Assembly: GCA_963662285.2 (NCBI GenBank)
Contig: CAXXMV010000002.1
Location: 832,001 to 896,000, forward strand
Source of the DNA: a bacterium
GTDB lineage: Bacteria; Hinthialibacterota; Hinthialibacteria; Hinthialibacterales; Hinthialibacteraceae
Reading direction: 5' to 3'
Length of the DNA: 64,000 nucleotides
Shown here one piece after another: positions 10,769 through 21,023 of the stretch (position 1 is the first letter of the stretch; the number at the start of each line of letters is the position of its first letter). The position numbers and the translations under genes are program-made. The notes under the pieces are model-generated. The model worked only from the letters and a program-made list of their open reading frames with translations, had not been told where the DNA came from and made no database searches.

Positions 10769-11527
10769 TCACAACCACAATCCACCATCAACATTAATAA
10801 CGCTGCCATTGCAATAAGCGCCCAGTTCGGAATGGAGATATACCACCGCGCCTGCGATATCAGACGCCTTACCCAAGCGATGCAGGGGAATGTTTTTTAT
10901 CAGTTCTTCGCGCCGCTCTTCGGTCGCCCAGCCTCCTGCGATAGCGCCGGGATTAATAACATTAGCGCGTATTCCATTAGGACCTTCTTCACGCGCTAAT
11001 GTCTTGGCCAACAATACAATGCCGGTTTTGGTAATTCCATAAGCCCCTGCATTATGTCGTGCGCGGGTGGAATCGGCTTTGACTGAACCGATGAAAACAA
11101 AATGTCCAGTTTTCCTTTTTTTCATATGGGGCAGAGCGGCGTTGATGCAATAAAAGGCGCTATCCAGATTAGTCGCCATCATACTATGCCACTCATCAAC
11201 CGAGGTCTCAGCCAGCGTTTGCAACGCAAACAGCCCCACATTATGAACCAGCAGATCGAGTCGGTTGAAATGAGAATAGGCCCAATCAATTAACGCTTTG
11301 ACCTCTTCCGGCCGACTGACGTCGGCTTGCAGTGTTATCGCCTCGCTTCCGGCATTGCGAATCTCTTCAGCGGTTTTTTCAGCTGCCTCCTGACTGCTGT
11401 GATAATTGACAATAACCGTGGCGTTGCGCCGCGCCAGTTCTACTGCTATCTCGCGTCCGATACCCTGCGATGATCCTGTTACCAGACAAACTTGATTATC
11501 AAATTTTAATTCTTTTGAGTTATTCAT
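10769..11527 (-). CDS. SDR oxidoreductase (FabG-like)
   Basis: TGSSQGIG, YxxxK (YGITK), NVINPG, VDGG. Confidence 0.88.
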   Translation of the reverse strand: MNNSKELKFDNQVCLVTGSSQGIGREIAVELARRNATVIVNYHSSQEAAEKTAEEIRNAGSEAITLQADVSRPEEVKALIDWAYSHFNRLDLLVHNVGLFALQTLAETSVDEWHSMMATNLDSAFYCINAALPHMKKRKTGHFVFIGSVKADSTRARHNAGAYGITKTGIVLLAKTLAREEGPNGIRANVINPGAIAGGWATEERREELIKNIPLHRLGKASDIAGAVVYLHSELGAYCNGSVINVDGGLWL

Positions 11528-11543
11528 AGGGATATTTAAGAGC

Positions 11544-11575
11544 AAAAGCCCTCCACAGAAAAGTAGAGGGCTTTT
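11544..11575 (-). terminator. Intrinsic terminator
   Basis: AAAAGCCCTC...GAGGGCTTTT hairpin. Confidence 0.6.
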
Positions 11576-11621
11576 GTTTTAATGTAATAATTTTTATCAA
11601 GTTATGTCGTATTATCACAGT

Positions 11622-12845
11622 TTACAACGTAATATTTACATCAAATTTCTGGTTAGATTCAATCATCTCATCCCAGGTCACTTCACGTTTTTCATAAGCG
11701 GCCATCCGTCCCAGAATCGAAGTCATAGTGCTTTCGGCGCCTTGCTTGGTCTGGTTCTGATATTTTTTGCTGTAGATGCTCTCAACAAAGGCTTTGATTT
11801 TGTTCTCTTCCGTGCCCGATAGAGGACTGGTGGTTTCCGCTTGATAAGCATTGTCGCCCGTAATCATGGGATGACCTGAGTAGGCTGTATCAGCTACGCC
11901 CTTGGTTCCAAACAGGCGGTTGCGGCAATCGCCCCAACCTTTCAGGAATTGGCTGGAACTAAAGTCTATTATTGCGCCGCAGGGATACCAGTATGTGCAG
12001 ATGAAGTGATCCCAGCAATCGCCTATGTCAGTGCGGGCTTTACGGCCGCCAGTACCATATGCTTTAACCGGATGGCTCTGCATATACCAGTTGGATACGT
12101 CGAGAACATGGATGTTCTGCTCGACAATAATGTCGCCGGATAATTCGATATCGAACACCCAGTTGCGCAGACGGCTTTCCATCTCGGATTCACCCTTTAC
12201 CGAACGGTCGTCTAAACGGCCGGCATGATAATTAACCATCCCGCTGACGATCTTACCGATGGCGCCATTGTGCACCCGGTCAACGATCTCTTTGTATCCA
12301 TCGCTGTAGCGAATCTGGAATCCAACCGATATGCTCTGTTTGCCATCAGCTTTTTTGCCGATCTCGATAACTCGTTTGGCGCCTACAACATCAGTAGCGA
12401 CCGGTTTTTCCATATAGACATGCTTGCCTGCGTCAACAGCCGCTTCCAGATGGAGAGGATGATAATAAGGTGGACTGGTAATCAAAACCACATCAAGCTC
12501 GGATTGGAGCATATCTTTATAACCTTCCATACCCTTGTAAAAGCGGGATGGATCAATCTTGGGACGATCCTGAACTTCCAGAAGTTTATCAAATGCCCCT
12601 TTGGCTGCTTCCATGCGATCCTGGAAACAATCAGACAATGCTACTATTCGGGTGTTTGAATGACGTATAAACTGACTGGCGTCATTAGTCCCTCGTCCAC
12701 CACAGCCAATCACGCCCATCTGCAACGCCGAGTTGGCCGATGATCCAAAAACTGTTTCTGGTTTCGCTAAAATCAAACCTGCCCCGGCAGCGGATGCTTT
12801 TACAAAATTACGGCGAGAAAATGATTTGTTAGTATTTTTACTCAT
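11622..12845 (-). CDS. Tat-exported Gfo/Idh/MocA oxidoreductase
   Basis: SRRNFVK Tat motif, GCGGRG, EKP, EQNIHVLD. Confidence 0.9.
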   Translation of the reverse strand: MSKNTNKSFSRRNFVKASAAGAGLILAKPETVFGSSANSALQMGVIGCGGRGTNDASQFIRHSNTRIVALSDCFQDRMEAAKGAFDKLLEVQDRPKIDPSRFYKGMEGYKDMLQSELDVVLITSPPYYHPLHLEAAVDAGKHVYMEKPVATDVVGAKRVIEIGKKADGKQSISVGFQIRYSDGYKEIVDRVHNGAIGKIVSGMVNYHAGRLDDRSVKGESEMESRLRNWVFDIELSGDIIVEQNIHVLDVSNWYMQSHPVKAYGTGGRKARTDIGDCWDHFICTYWYPCGAIIDFSSSQFLKGWGDCRNRLFGTKGVADTAYSGHPMITGDNAYQAETTSPLSGTEENKIKAFVESIYSKKYQNQTKQGAESTMTSILGRMAAYEKREVTWDEMIESNQKFDVNITL

Positions 12846-13034
12846 TAAAGAATCTCCCATTCCAATTATTTTCCAATGTAATAATTTTATATCTCTTGAT
12901 ATTATTAAACAATACCTTGTTAATCTGAAGAAATATACTGTTCAACGCACGATAAAACAGTAATATGAATTTCCTGAACCTTTTTCATTGCTACTACCTA
13001 AAACGGTCTGATCAATGCCGATATTCTGCATCGG

Positions 13035-15086
13035 TTATGAAAGTAAAATCGAGGGACGCCTGCCACTCCCATGACAATGAGGACAGGTGTAGGTCAGGCG
13101 TTTGGTTAAACTCTCTCCTGAGCGCTGCCGGGTTATTTGAATTAAGCCCAAATCGGTGAATTCCTGAATATCCGAAGGAGTACGGTCTTTTTCCAACTCG
13201 CGAACAAAGGTATTATATACTCTGTCACGATTCTTTTTGTAGCGCATATCGATAAAGTCTACAACGATAATGCCGCCAATCTGCCGTAGCCTTAACTGTC
13301 GCGAAATCTCTAAAGCCGCCTCGATATTGGTTTCAACGATAGTAAGTTCCTGGGTTTTGCCAGTAACATTCTTTCCTGTATTTACATCTATGGCGGTCAA
13401 TGTTTCCATCTCTTCGATAATAATGAATCCACCACAGTTTAACCGGACCCGGTTAGTGAAGAGTTGATCGATATCGCGGGTAAGGTTGTATTTACTCCAA
13501 ACCGTACGATCCTGATCAGTATGAAATTTAATCCGGTCATCAGCTCTGCTGCGCGGCGCGATTATCTTCATAAAACTGGATATACGATGCTTCAACCGAG
13601 GATGATCGATAATGATTTCACTAATATCGTTGTCAAATTGGTCACGCAATACGCGTTCGAAAAGTTCAATTTCCTGATGAATCCGTTTAGGGCTATCGCC
13701 GTCTTCATATTCTTGCCGGATGCGTTTCCAGGTGCGGGTCAGGTAGTCAAGATCATTTTGAATGTCACTGATGCTTTTTCCTTTTGAAGCTGTACGTAAA
13801 ATCAAGCCGCCCTTTAATGTGAACTCTTTTTTTATCAATTCGCGAAATCTGGTTTTATCTTTATCGCTTAACATACGTGACATGCGAATGGCGTCAGCAT
13901 CGGGCATGTATACCACAAAGCGACCGGGGAGAGAAATTTTCCCGGTAAGTGATGGTCCTTTATCTGCTATGGCCTCTTTGGCCATTTGTACAAGAACTGT
14001 ATCACCGGTTTTCAACGCTGATTCGAATCGGTTTCTGGAAGAAGAAGGTCTTTTCTGAGACCTTTGCTCTGGACTAAGGTCAGCCAGGCTGAGGAAACCA
14101 TCCTTCTCCAAACCAATATTAACAAAAGCTGCATTCAACGCCGGAAGAACGCGCGATATGACGCCGCGGTATATATTGCCTGAAGTACCCTTGTCGTATG
14201 TTCTCTCTTCTTCGATCCAGAAATCCGTAATTTGGTGATCATCCGCAATAACCGCAACAGAATAGCCCGCTTCGTTGGCGAAAATCATACGTCGAGTGGC
14301 TTTTGCTTTTGACGATAAGGATATTTCTTCCGAAAAATCGTCTGATGCATAATCTCTTTTATCAGAAGGTATTATCTTATGTTTTGAAGAGTCGCCTTGA
14401 GTATCTTTGCGCTCTTCTTTACGTTCATTTCCCGGTTCAGTTGAGGGACGTTGAGAAGGCGAACGACGCTGGTTGCTGCTCTTGCGGCGCGTTCCGGTTG
14501 ATGACGCTGTTTCACTACGTTCGTTTTTACGTTCATCTATCGGTTCGCCTACAGGTTTATTTGATGGACGTCGGGAAGAAGAACGGCGCTGGCTGCTCTT
14601 GCGGCGCGTTCCGGTTGATGACGCTGTTTGACTACGCTCATCTTTATGCTCATCTTTATGCTCTTCCACTGGTTTAGCAGGTGGACGTCGGGAATATGAA
14701 CGGCGCTGGCTGCTCTTGCGGCGCGTTCCGGATGATGACGCTGTTTCACTACGCTCATCTTTACGCTCTTCTTTATGCTCTTCCACTGGTTTAGCAGGTG
14801 GACGTCGGGAAGAAGAACGGCGCTGGCTGTTCTTGCGGCGCGTTCCGGTTGATGACGCTGTTTCACTACGCTCATCTTTACGGTCATCTTTATGTTCGAC
14901 TACTGGTTTAGCTGATGGACGTCGGGAATACGAACGACGCTGGTTTGTATTTTTGCGACGCGTTCCAGGTGATGGTGAATTTTCTTCGCTCTGTTTGTTA
15001 CGCTCATCTTTTTGGTCAGTTGATGGATGACTGGAAGAAGAGGCTTCTTCTGAAACGGAAGGTTTTTTTCTCTTAAAAAATGCCAT
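13035..15086 (-). CDS. rne: Ribonuclease E/G family protein with an N-terminal repeat extension
   Basis: S1-type GNIYRG...AAFVNIG, IDVNTG, GGIIVVDFIDM, CPHC Zn-link; about 260-aa low-complexity N-terminus (rne versus rng is uncertain). Confidence 0.88.
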   Translation of the reverse strand: MAFFKRKKPSVSEEASSSSHPSTDQKDERNKQSEENSPSPGTRRKNTNQRRSYSRRPSAKPVVEHKDDRKDERSETASSTGTRRKNSQRRSSSRRPPAKPVEEHKEERKDERSETASSSGTRRKSSQRRSYSRRPPAKPVEEHKDEHKDERSQTASSTGTRRKSSQRRSSSRRPSNKPVGEPIDERKNERSETASSTGTRRKSSNQRRSPSQRPSTEPGNERKEERKDTQGDSSKHKIIPSDKRDYASDDFSEEISLSSKAKATRRMIFANEAGYSVAVIADDHQITDFWIEEERTYDKGTSGNIYRGVISRVLPALNAAFVNIGLEKDGFLSLADLSPEQRSQKRPSSSRNRFESALKTGDTVLVQMAKEAIADKGPSLTGKISLPGRFVVYMPDADAIRMSRMLSDKDKTRFRELIKKEFTLKGGLILRTASKGKSISDIQNDLDYLTRTWKRIRQEYEDGDSPKRIHQEIELFERVLRDQFDNDISEIIIDHPRLKHRISSFMKIIAPRSRADDRIKFHTDQDRTVWSKYNLTRDIDQLFTNRVRLNCGGFIIIEEMETLTAIDVNTGKNVTGKTQELTIVETNIEAALEISRQLRLRQIGGIIVVDFIDMRYKKNRDRVYNTFVRELEKDRTPSDIQEFTDLGLIQITRQRSGESLTKRLTYTCPHCHGSGRRPSILLS
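14445..15010 (-). repeat. Coding tandem repeat, about 5 copies of 117 bp (39 aa)
   Basis: Anchor CG(G/A)CGCTGG recurs at 14464, 14584, 14701, 14818 and 14935. Confidence 0.9.
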
Positions 15087-15662
15087 TTAAATAATCCATA
15101 TTCGAGTTAATCTTGGTGTTGGTTATTTCCCTTTTAATTATATCATCATAGTGATTATTGCTTTTTAGTATAATTTATTAAAAAATATGTAATTGAAAGC
15201 ATAGAAATCTTATAAATGAAGATGCTCGCAGCATTTCATCGTAACATGCCTGCGCCGGGATTTATAGGAATTACATTAATTGTAATTCTCGCTTAATAGA
15301 ATAGTACTCGTTTTTATTGTTCAAGGAAAGAAGATTTTGTTTTAATTTTATTAAATTCGGTGTTATGGTGTTATGCAGAATAGTTATAAAACAGAAGAAT
15401 CGGGCGCTCAAATCATCCATATTGAAAGAGTTGGGTTGATTTTGAGAATGATTCTACCTTATATTAAAGATTATAATTATTTTTTTTAGCATAATTTCCC
15501 ATTTTTTTTAAGGAAATTTCGTCAATGAAGCATTGTCTGATTGACAGATAGAAATTTGCTTGGTATTGTTGGCAAATCTATACTTTGTTTATGATGAATA
15601 GAAAAATGTATTTATTTGAAAAATATAAGACTGAATAAACGGTTTTAGGAGGAAAAGCGACC

Positions 15663-16136
15663 GTGGACATCCTTCGTAATGAAAGATCAGGGCAAGTAGC
15701 AACATCGCATACGGCTCCAGTATCCGCACCAAAAAATGAGAATCCTTATACAACATTAGGGAAAGATACGGAATTTGAAGGTACTCTTCAATTCAAAGAG
15801 GGTCTGAAGATAGAGGGCAAGTTCAAAGGCGATATTACCTCTGAAGGTTACTTAATCATTGGAAAAACAGGCGATGTTACTGCAGAGATTAACGTTGGCA
15901 GCATCATTGTTGAAGGTAAAATTACCGGTAATATCATTGCTGATGACCTTGTCGAACTTCGAACTTCAGCCCAGATGCGGGGTGATATAACCGCAGCCAA
16001 GATGAAGATTGAAGAGGGTGTTCTTTTTGTTGGTAAATCTGACGTCCAACCCCAGAATAGCCGTAAGGATTCTTCCAAGCAGCCTATTAAAGTTGCCGAG
16101 GAAAAAAAAGATAAAATCCCAGCTGGCGGTAAATAA
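15663..16136 (+). CDS. Bactofilin (polymer-forming cytoskeletal protein)
   Basis: FEGTL...IEGKFKGDI...GDI...IEEG beta-helix pattern; AGGAGG RBS before the GTG. Confidence 0.9.
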   Translation: MDILRNERSGQVATSHTAPVSAPKNENPYTTLGKDTEFEGTLQFKEGLKIEGKFKGDITSEGYLIIGKTGDVTAEINVGSIIVEGKITGNIIADDLVELRTSAQMRGDITAAKMKIEEGVLFVGKSDVQPQNSRKDSSKQPIKVAEEKKDKIPAGGK

Positions 16137-16172
16137 TAGTAATTTACCTGGAATAATTAATTTGTTAAACTC

Positions 16173-16223
16173 ACCCTTTCCTGTTCGCTCTTTTTAAGAG
16201 CAAGGAAAGGGTTTGTTTTTTTT
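16173..16223 (+). terminator. Intrinsic terminator
   Basis: ACCCTTTCCT...AGGAAAGGGT followed by a T-tract. Confidence 0.7.
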
Positions 16224-16313
16224 TATTCTATTTTTATTGCTCAATAGAGCGGTTTTCTAAGCCATATTACAGACTTCTGTCAGATATATTCATGAGAAAG
16301 ATTGAGATCGATC

Positions 16314-17330
16314 ATGTTTAAGTTTCCACCTAAAATTAATATCGCCCAACTTCCGACGCCTATACATCATTTACCATCCTTAAGTGAAGAATGGGGCATT
16401 GACTTATGCATCAAGGAGGATGACTTGACAGGTTCTGGTTTGAGTGGAAATAAAATCAGAAAACTGGAATATTTACTTTCGGATGCTATCCAACAGGGAT
16501 GCGATTCTATAATAACCTGCGGCGCAACTACATCTAATCACGCCAGAGCAACAGTTATCGCTGCAAAACGTTTGGGTCTAAGTTCTTCTTTGATTCTTGC
16601 CGGTGATAAACCAGAGAGAGCGCATGGCAATCTTCAACTGGACTTGCTGGCTGGCGCATGCGTGAAATATATAAGTTCGCATGATTATACTACAAATATT
16701 AAAGCCATCTTACAAGACGAGAAAAAAATTCTCGAACGTCAAGGAAAAAAACCTTACATCATACCAACTGGCGGTTCAAACTCTATAGGTTTATTGGGAT
16801 ATGTTGAAGCTGTAAAAGAGATAAAAGAACAATGTGATAAATCAGGATGGAAAGCTGATATTATTATTTGCGCATTCGGCTCCGGCGGAACATATGCCGG
16901 TCTTTATCTGGGTAATCATATTTTCTCAGTAGCAAGTAGAATCTTAGGCGTTTTGGTCTACGGTTCTATCGAGCCTGCCAGGCAAATAGTTATCAATGAA
17001 ATTAATGAATCATGCAAGCGCTTTATAAATCCGGCGCCATCTTTCGACGCTATCGAGATAATTGACGGTTACTATGGCGAAGCTTACGCCAAAACGAATT
17101 CTGAACAGCTGCGGTTTATTCGACATGTAGTGGAGAGTGAAGGAATTATTCTTGATCCTGTTTATACCGGTAAAGCTATGTTCGGATTGCATGGAGAAAT
17201 CCAAAAGGGACATATACCTAATAACTCCAAAGTTCTTTTCATTCATACTGGTGGAATATTCGGATGGTCGGCATTTACCGAAGAAACGAGCCATGTGTGG
17301 GATTCGCTGGAGCATTGGGATGACTTATAA
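16314..17330 (+). CDS. dcyD: D-cysteine desulfhydrase / ACC deaminase family PLP enzyme
   Basis: SGNKIRKLEY (PLP lysine), SNHARA, GSGGT, LDPVYTGK, HTGG. Confidence 0.85.
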   Translation: MFKFPPKINIAQLPTPIHHLPSLSEEWGIDLCIKEDDLTGSGLSGNKIRKLEYLLSDAIQQGCDSIITCGATTSNHARATVIAAKRLGLSSSLILAGDKPERAHGNLQLDLLAGACVKYISSHDYTTNIKAILQDEKKILERQGKKPYIIPTGGSNSIGLLGYVEAVKEIKEQCDKSGWKADIIICAFGSGGTYAGLYLGNHIFSVASRILGVLVYGSIEPARQIVINEINESCKRFINPAPSFDAIEIIDGYYGEAYAKTNSEQLRFIRHVVESEGIILDPVYTGKAMFGLHGEIQKGHIPNNSKVLFIHTGGIFGWSAFTEETSHVWDSLEHWDDL

Positions 17331-17702
17331 AATCCATTAATTGGGAGCGCATATTCATTAAAAAAAAGCATGAATAAACAATTACGGACAATTTGGAAGC
17401 GCAGTTTATATAAACTTAGTTATATAAACTGCTTGCGCATCTCAAAATTTCAAAAACGCGACAATAAATATAGCAAATATTTCATTAAGCTGCATATTAT
17501 TACTCGAAAACCATTGACAAATTGCAAGATCGAATCTATGTTTCTACACCCAAAATCGGAAATTATTTTTCGATAAAAAGCATTGGGATTAAAAACGATG
17601 GATAGAGTTATATTTTGTGTAATCGGTTGTATAAATACTAATCTTGATCATTCTGATTCAACGATGAATTATTTGTAATCGGACATCGAAGGACCAAAGA
17701 TA

Positions 17703-18287
17703 ATGCCGACATCAAAAACCAAAACAACAACTAAAGCATCGGGAAAAACTGGTAAGAAAAATCAAAAGCCGACAAGCGCAGCTAAAAGTACTTCGCAGAA
17801 ATCCGCCAAAGCCGCGTCAAGGAAAAGTACCACCAAAAAATCTACTATGAAAGATATAAAAAAGACTACCGTAAAAAAATCCCTGGGTAATAATAAGGCT
17901 GCAAATAAATCTCCGAACAAGAATTCTAATAATACCATGACAAAAAAACGAGTGGCTCTTATTGCTGATATAAAAGTTAGGCTTGAAGAACAAAGGATCA
18001 ATCTGCTTCAAGGATTACATCAAAAAGAGCATGAAACAGAAGTAAGTTCTCATGGCGATCTTATTGATCAGAGTCAGAACTTCAGTGAACATGAAGTAAT
18101 GTTAGGGCTGGCGGAACATGACCGGAATCTATTGCAAGAGATTAATGTTGCTCTGGATAAAATCGATCAAGGTAAATACGGTATTTGCGAAATGTCGGGC
18201 GAATTGATTTCCGACGAACGCTTGATCGCCATGCCGACCGCCCGGTATAGTATGGAATGCCAGGCGAAAATTGAAAGTTTCAACTAA
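17703..18287 (+). CDS. DksA/TraR family regulator with a Lys-rich N-terminal tail
   Basis: DLIDQS coiled-coil tip; ALDKIDQGKYGICEMSG...ERLIAMPTARYSMEC. Confidence 0.85.
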   Translation: MPTSKTKTTTKASGKTGKKNQKPTSAAKSTSQKSAKAASRKSTTKKSTMKDIKKTTVKKSLGNNKAANKSPNKNSNNTMTKKRVALIADIKVRLEEQRINLLQGLHQKEHETEVSSHGDLIDQSQNFSEHEVMLGLAEHDRNLLQEINVALDKIDQGKYGICEMSGELISDERLIAMPTARYSMECQAKIESFN

Positions 18288-18449
18288 CTAATTCATTAGT
18301 ATTTGTTATATAGTTGTAAATTGGGGGAGGGAAAGTCCTCTCTTGTCCTATGATACTGTCAAAAATATTGAATATTTTTGTCCTACCTAAAAGATATTTA
18401 TAATCATCGCGGAATATCCGCGTAATCCATTTGATGATATCGGATCGTT

Positions 18450-21023
18450 ATGATGGAAATTGATTTTCTACGCCATTATGGTTTTTCCTCATTAATGATA
18501 GATATTCTTGTTTCAGATTACGGCGAATATCTTCTCCCTTTGCAAGAGCGAATTATAAAAGATGGATGCCTGTTTGAAGGAAATAACCTTCTGGTATGCG
18601 CTCCAACCTCATCTGGCAAGACCTTTCTGGCAGAACTGCTTTTTCTGCATCATACGCTTAAAAATCGTAATACGATTCTGCTGGTTCCTACTAAAGCGCT
18701 GGCTAATCAACGTTTTAGAGAACTTAAAGAACGATATGAAAAGCATGGCTATCAGGTTCTCTTGTCAACCAGGGATCACCCTTTCCATGACAAACAAATT
18801 ACCGGAGGCCATTTCCATCTTGCCATCGTAATATATGAGAAGATGCGCACGTTTTTATCAAACAATAATGGGCTTCTGGCCATGGCGGGAGCATACATCG
18901 TCGATGAGATTCACTACCTGCATCATCCAACCAGAGGGCCTGACCTTGAGATTCTTCTAACCCGGCTGCGCGAGGAGCAATCGTTGCAAATATTAGGATT
19001 GTCGGCCATGCATTCCAGCCCTGAAATGTCCCGGTGGCTTGACGCCAGGATTATTGTGGACCAGAAACGTCCGGTAGATTTACGCCAGGGCGTTTTATGT
19101 AAGGGGCGGTTTTCTTATAAGGAATTTAATTCTGGAGAACAAGGCGTCGAACAGTTGTTTGATTCGGAAACCGATGATGAAGGGGAGGCCATGCTGGAAG
19201 CCGCCCGGTATTTCGCCGCCAAGGGAGAGACGACACTGCTCTTTTGGCCGCAACGCGACCAATGCTATACAGCTGCCAGAAAACTGGCTGCGCAATATGA
19301 ATGCGAAGAAGGCGTTGATTTCCCTGAACTTGATAACTTAGAACCGACCGCCATGCGGGATTTCCTGCTTGGTTTGCTGCCTCGAGGGATTGCGGTTCAT
19401 TCCAGCGATTTGTCAGCTCAAGAACGAAATCTGGTGGAGCGCCTGGCTAGAGACGGTAAATTAAGGCTGATTTGCGCTACCAGTACGCTGGCCGAAGGGA
19501 TTAATCTGCCAGTAGTTAATGTGCTAACTACCCGGCGTATGTATGCATCTCAACCGGGACGCTCCAAACAAAATTTAGCTCCAGCCTCTATACCTATCAG
19601 TAAAGATCGTTTGCTGAACATGATCGGACGGGCTGGACGGATGGGATTAAGTGATTTCGGAAGAGGCATCATCATCACTACCTTTCCCGGAGATGTGGAA
19701 GGCCTTCTGGCGGCTTATATGGACTCGCGACAAGTTGCTCTTCCTTCAATACTTAACCAGATTTCATTTGAGGAAATAGTTCTAAAAACGATGGGCTTTT
19801 GTGGATGCTTTACGGTGGAATCATGTAAGCAAACCTTGAATCAAACCTTATGCGGTCATTTGGGATTATTGCCTAAAGAATTGGATAATCTGCTAAACCA
19901 GACGTGCGAAGAACTCACCCAAAGAGGATTCCTTAATCTTGAATCAGAAAGGTTTTATCTGACTCCGCTGGGCGAGGCGATCACTAAGTCGGGATTATCA
20001 GAGCATTCAGCCCGACGGATCAATGATTATATTTTACTCAACATCTCAGAGGTTCCAGAGATATTGGATGTACTGGTATTGATTTGCGCTTTGCCGGAGA
20101 TGGGAGATATATTCATCCCGGTTTCGCGCAATGAAATTCAAGCGCATCGTTGGAGCCGGGCCATTACGCAAAAAACAGATGAATCAGCGATATGCGCCGG
20201 TTCTTATTTAGGTCAATTAATAGCGGAACCAGCCCGATTGCGTGCTGAGCATCATTCCGCTTTTAAGAAATCCCTGTTGCTTTGGGATTGGATTGCGGGA
20301 TATCCTGCGTCAGAATTGGAAAAGCGGTACGGCGTTTATTCTGGAACCATATACAGGATAAGTGAGGAATCCAGCTGGCTGCTGGGCTGTTTGAGTGATA
20401 TCGCGGCATCTCATGCGTTGCCAGAGCAGTGGACCGGCCGGATTACTACGCTCAGAGACCGCATACAGCAAGGTTTACCAGGCGAAAGCTTAGCGTGGGC
20501 GGATTATATCAGGCGAGGTGAATTATTACGTAGTAATGTATTAGCATTGATTGGGATGGGTTTCGAATCGCCGTCCAGGATCAGCCATAAAGACCGGGAG
20601 CAATTAGCATCCCTGCTTTCAGAGGATGCGCTTGATAAAATTATTCAACCGATAAATGAATCTCTTGGCAATGCTGATGAAAATCTTGCAGAAAAAACAG
20701 TTTTCCTGGTTGAAATTGATAAGAGGCAGCCTAAACGCATCCGCGTAAATGAAAAGGAAATAACCTTAACTCCACTGCAATACCGACTTATAAAAACTCT
20801 TGCCGGACAAACTGAATGTTGCGTCTCTTATGATATTATTCTTGAACAATTGTGGCCGGAGAGCATAGGTGATAGAAAACAAATATCACGGCAAAAAACG
20901 AATTTTATCAAAAAAATTGAAAAAACTTTGGGAATCCCTTGTTCAGATATTATAGAATCGGTTGCGGGAATGGGTCTGATATTACACGCTAAAGTAAATA
21001 TCATAGACACTCTAAGAGAATAA
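18450..21023 (+). CDS. Ski2/Hel308-like SF2 helicase with a C-terminal OmpR-type winged helix
   Basis: APTSSGKT, DEIH, LSA, TSTLAEGINLP, MIGRAGR; C-terminus LTPLQYRLI...LWP...ESVAGMG. Confidence 0.85.
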   Translation: MMEIDFLRHYGFSSLMIDILVSDYGEYLLPLQERIIKDGCLFEGNNLLVCAPTSSGKTFLAELLFLHHTLKNRNTILLVPTKALANQRFRELKERYEKHGYQVLLSTRDHPFHDKQITGGHFHLAIVIYEKMRTFLSNNNGLLAMAGAYIVDEIHYLHHPTRGPDLEILLTRLREEQSLQILGLSAMHSSPEMSRWLDARIIVDQKRPVDLRQGVLCKGRFSYKEFNSGEQGVEQLFDSETDDEGEAMLEAARYFAAKGETTLLFWPQRDQCYTAARKLAAQYECEEGVDFPELDNLEPTAMRDFLLGLLPRGIAVHSSDLSAQERNLVERLARDGKLRLICATSTLAEGINLPVVNVLTTRRMYASQPGRSKQNLAPASIPISKDRLLNMIGRAGRMGLSDFGRGIIITTFPGDVEGLLAAYMDSRQVALPSILNQISFEEIVLKTMGFCGCFTVESCKQTLNQTLCGHLGLLPKELDNLLNQTCEELTQRGFLNLESERFYLTPLGEAITKSGLSEHSARRINDYILLNISEVPEILDVLVLICALPEMGDIFIPVSRNEIQAHRWSRAITQKTDESAICAGSYLGQLIAEPARLRAEHHSAFKKSLLLWDWIAGYPASELEKRYGVYSGTIYRISEESSWLLGCLSDIAASHALPEQWTGRITTLRDRIQQGLPGESLAWADYIRRGELLRSNVLALIGMGFESPSRISHKDREQLASLLSEDALDKIIQPINESLGNADENLAEKTVFLVEIDKRQPKRIRVNEKEITLTPLQYRLIKTLAGQTECCVSYDIILEQLWPESIGDRKQISRQKTNFIKKIEKTLGIPCSDIIESVAGMGLILHAKVNIIDTLRE

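Noticed and set aside
14445-15010. CRISPR-like array
   Set aside because: The whole 117-bp unit repeats without unique spacers, lies in frame within rne, and no cas genes are present.
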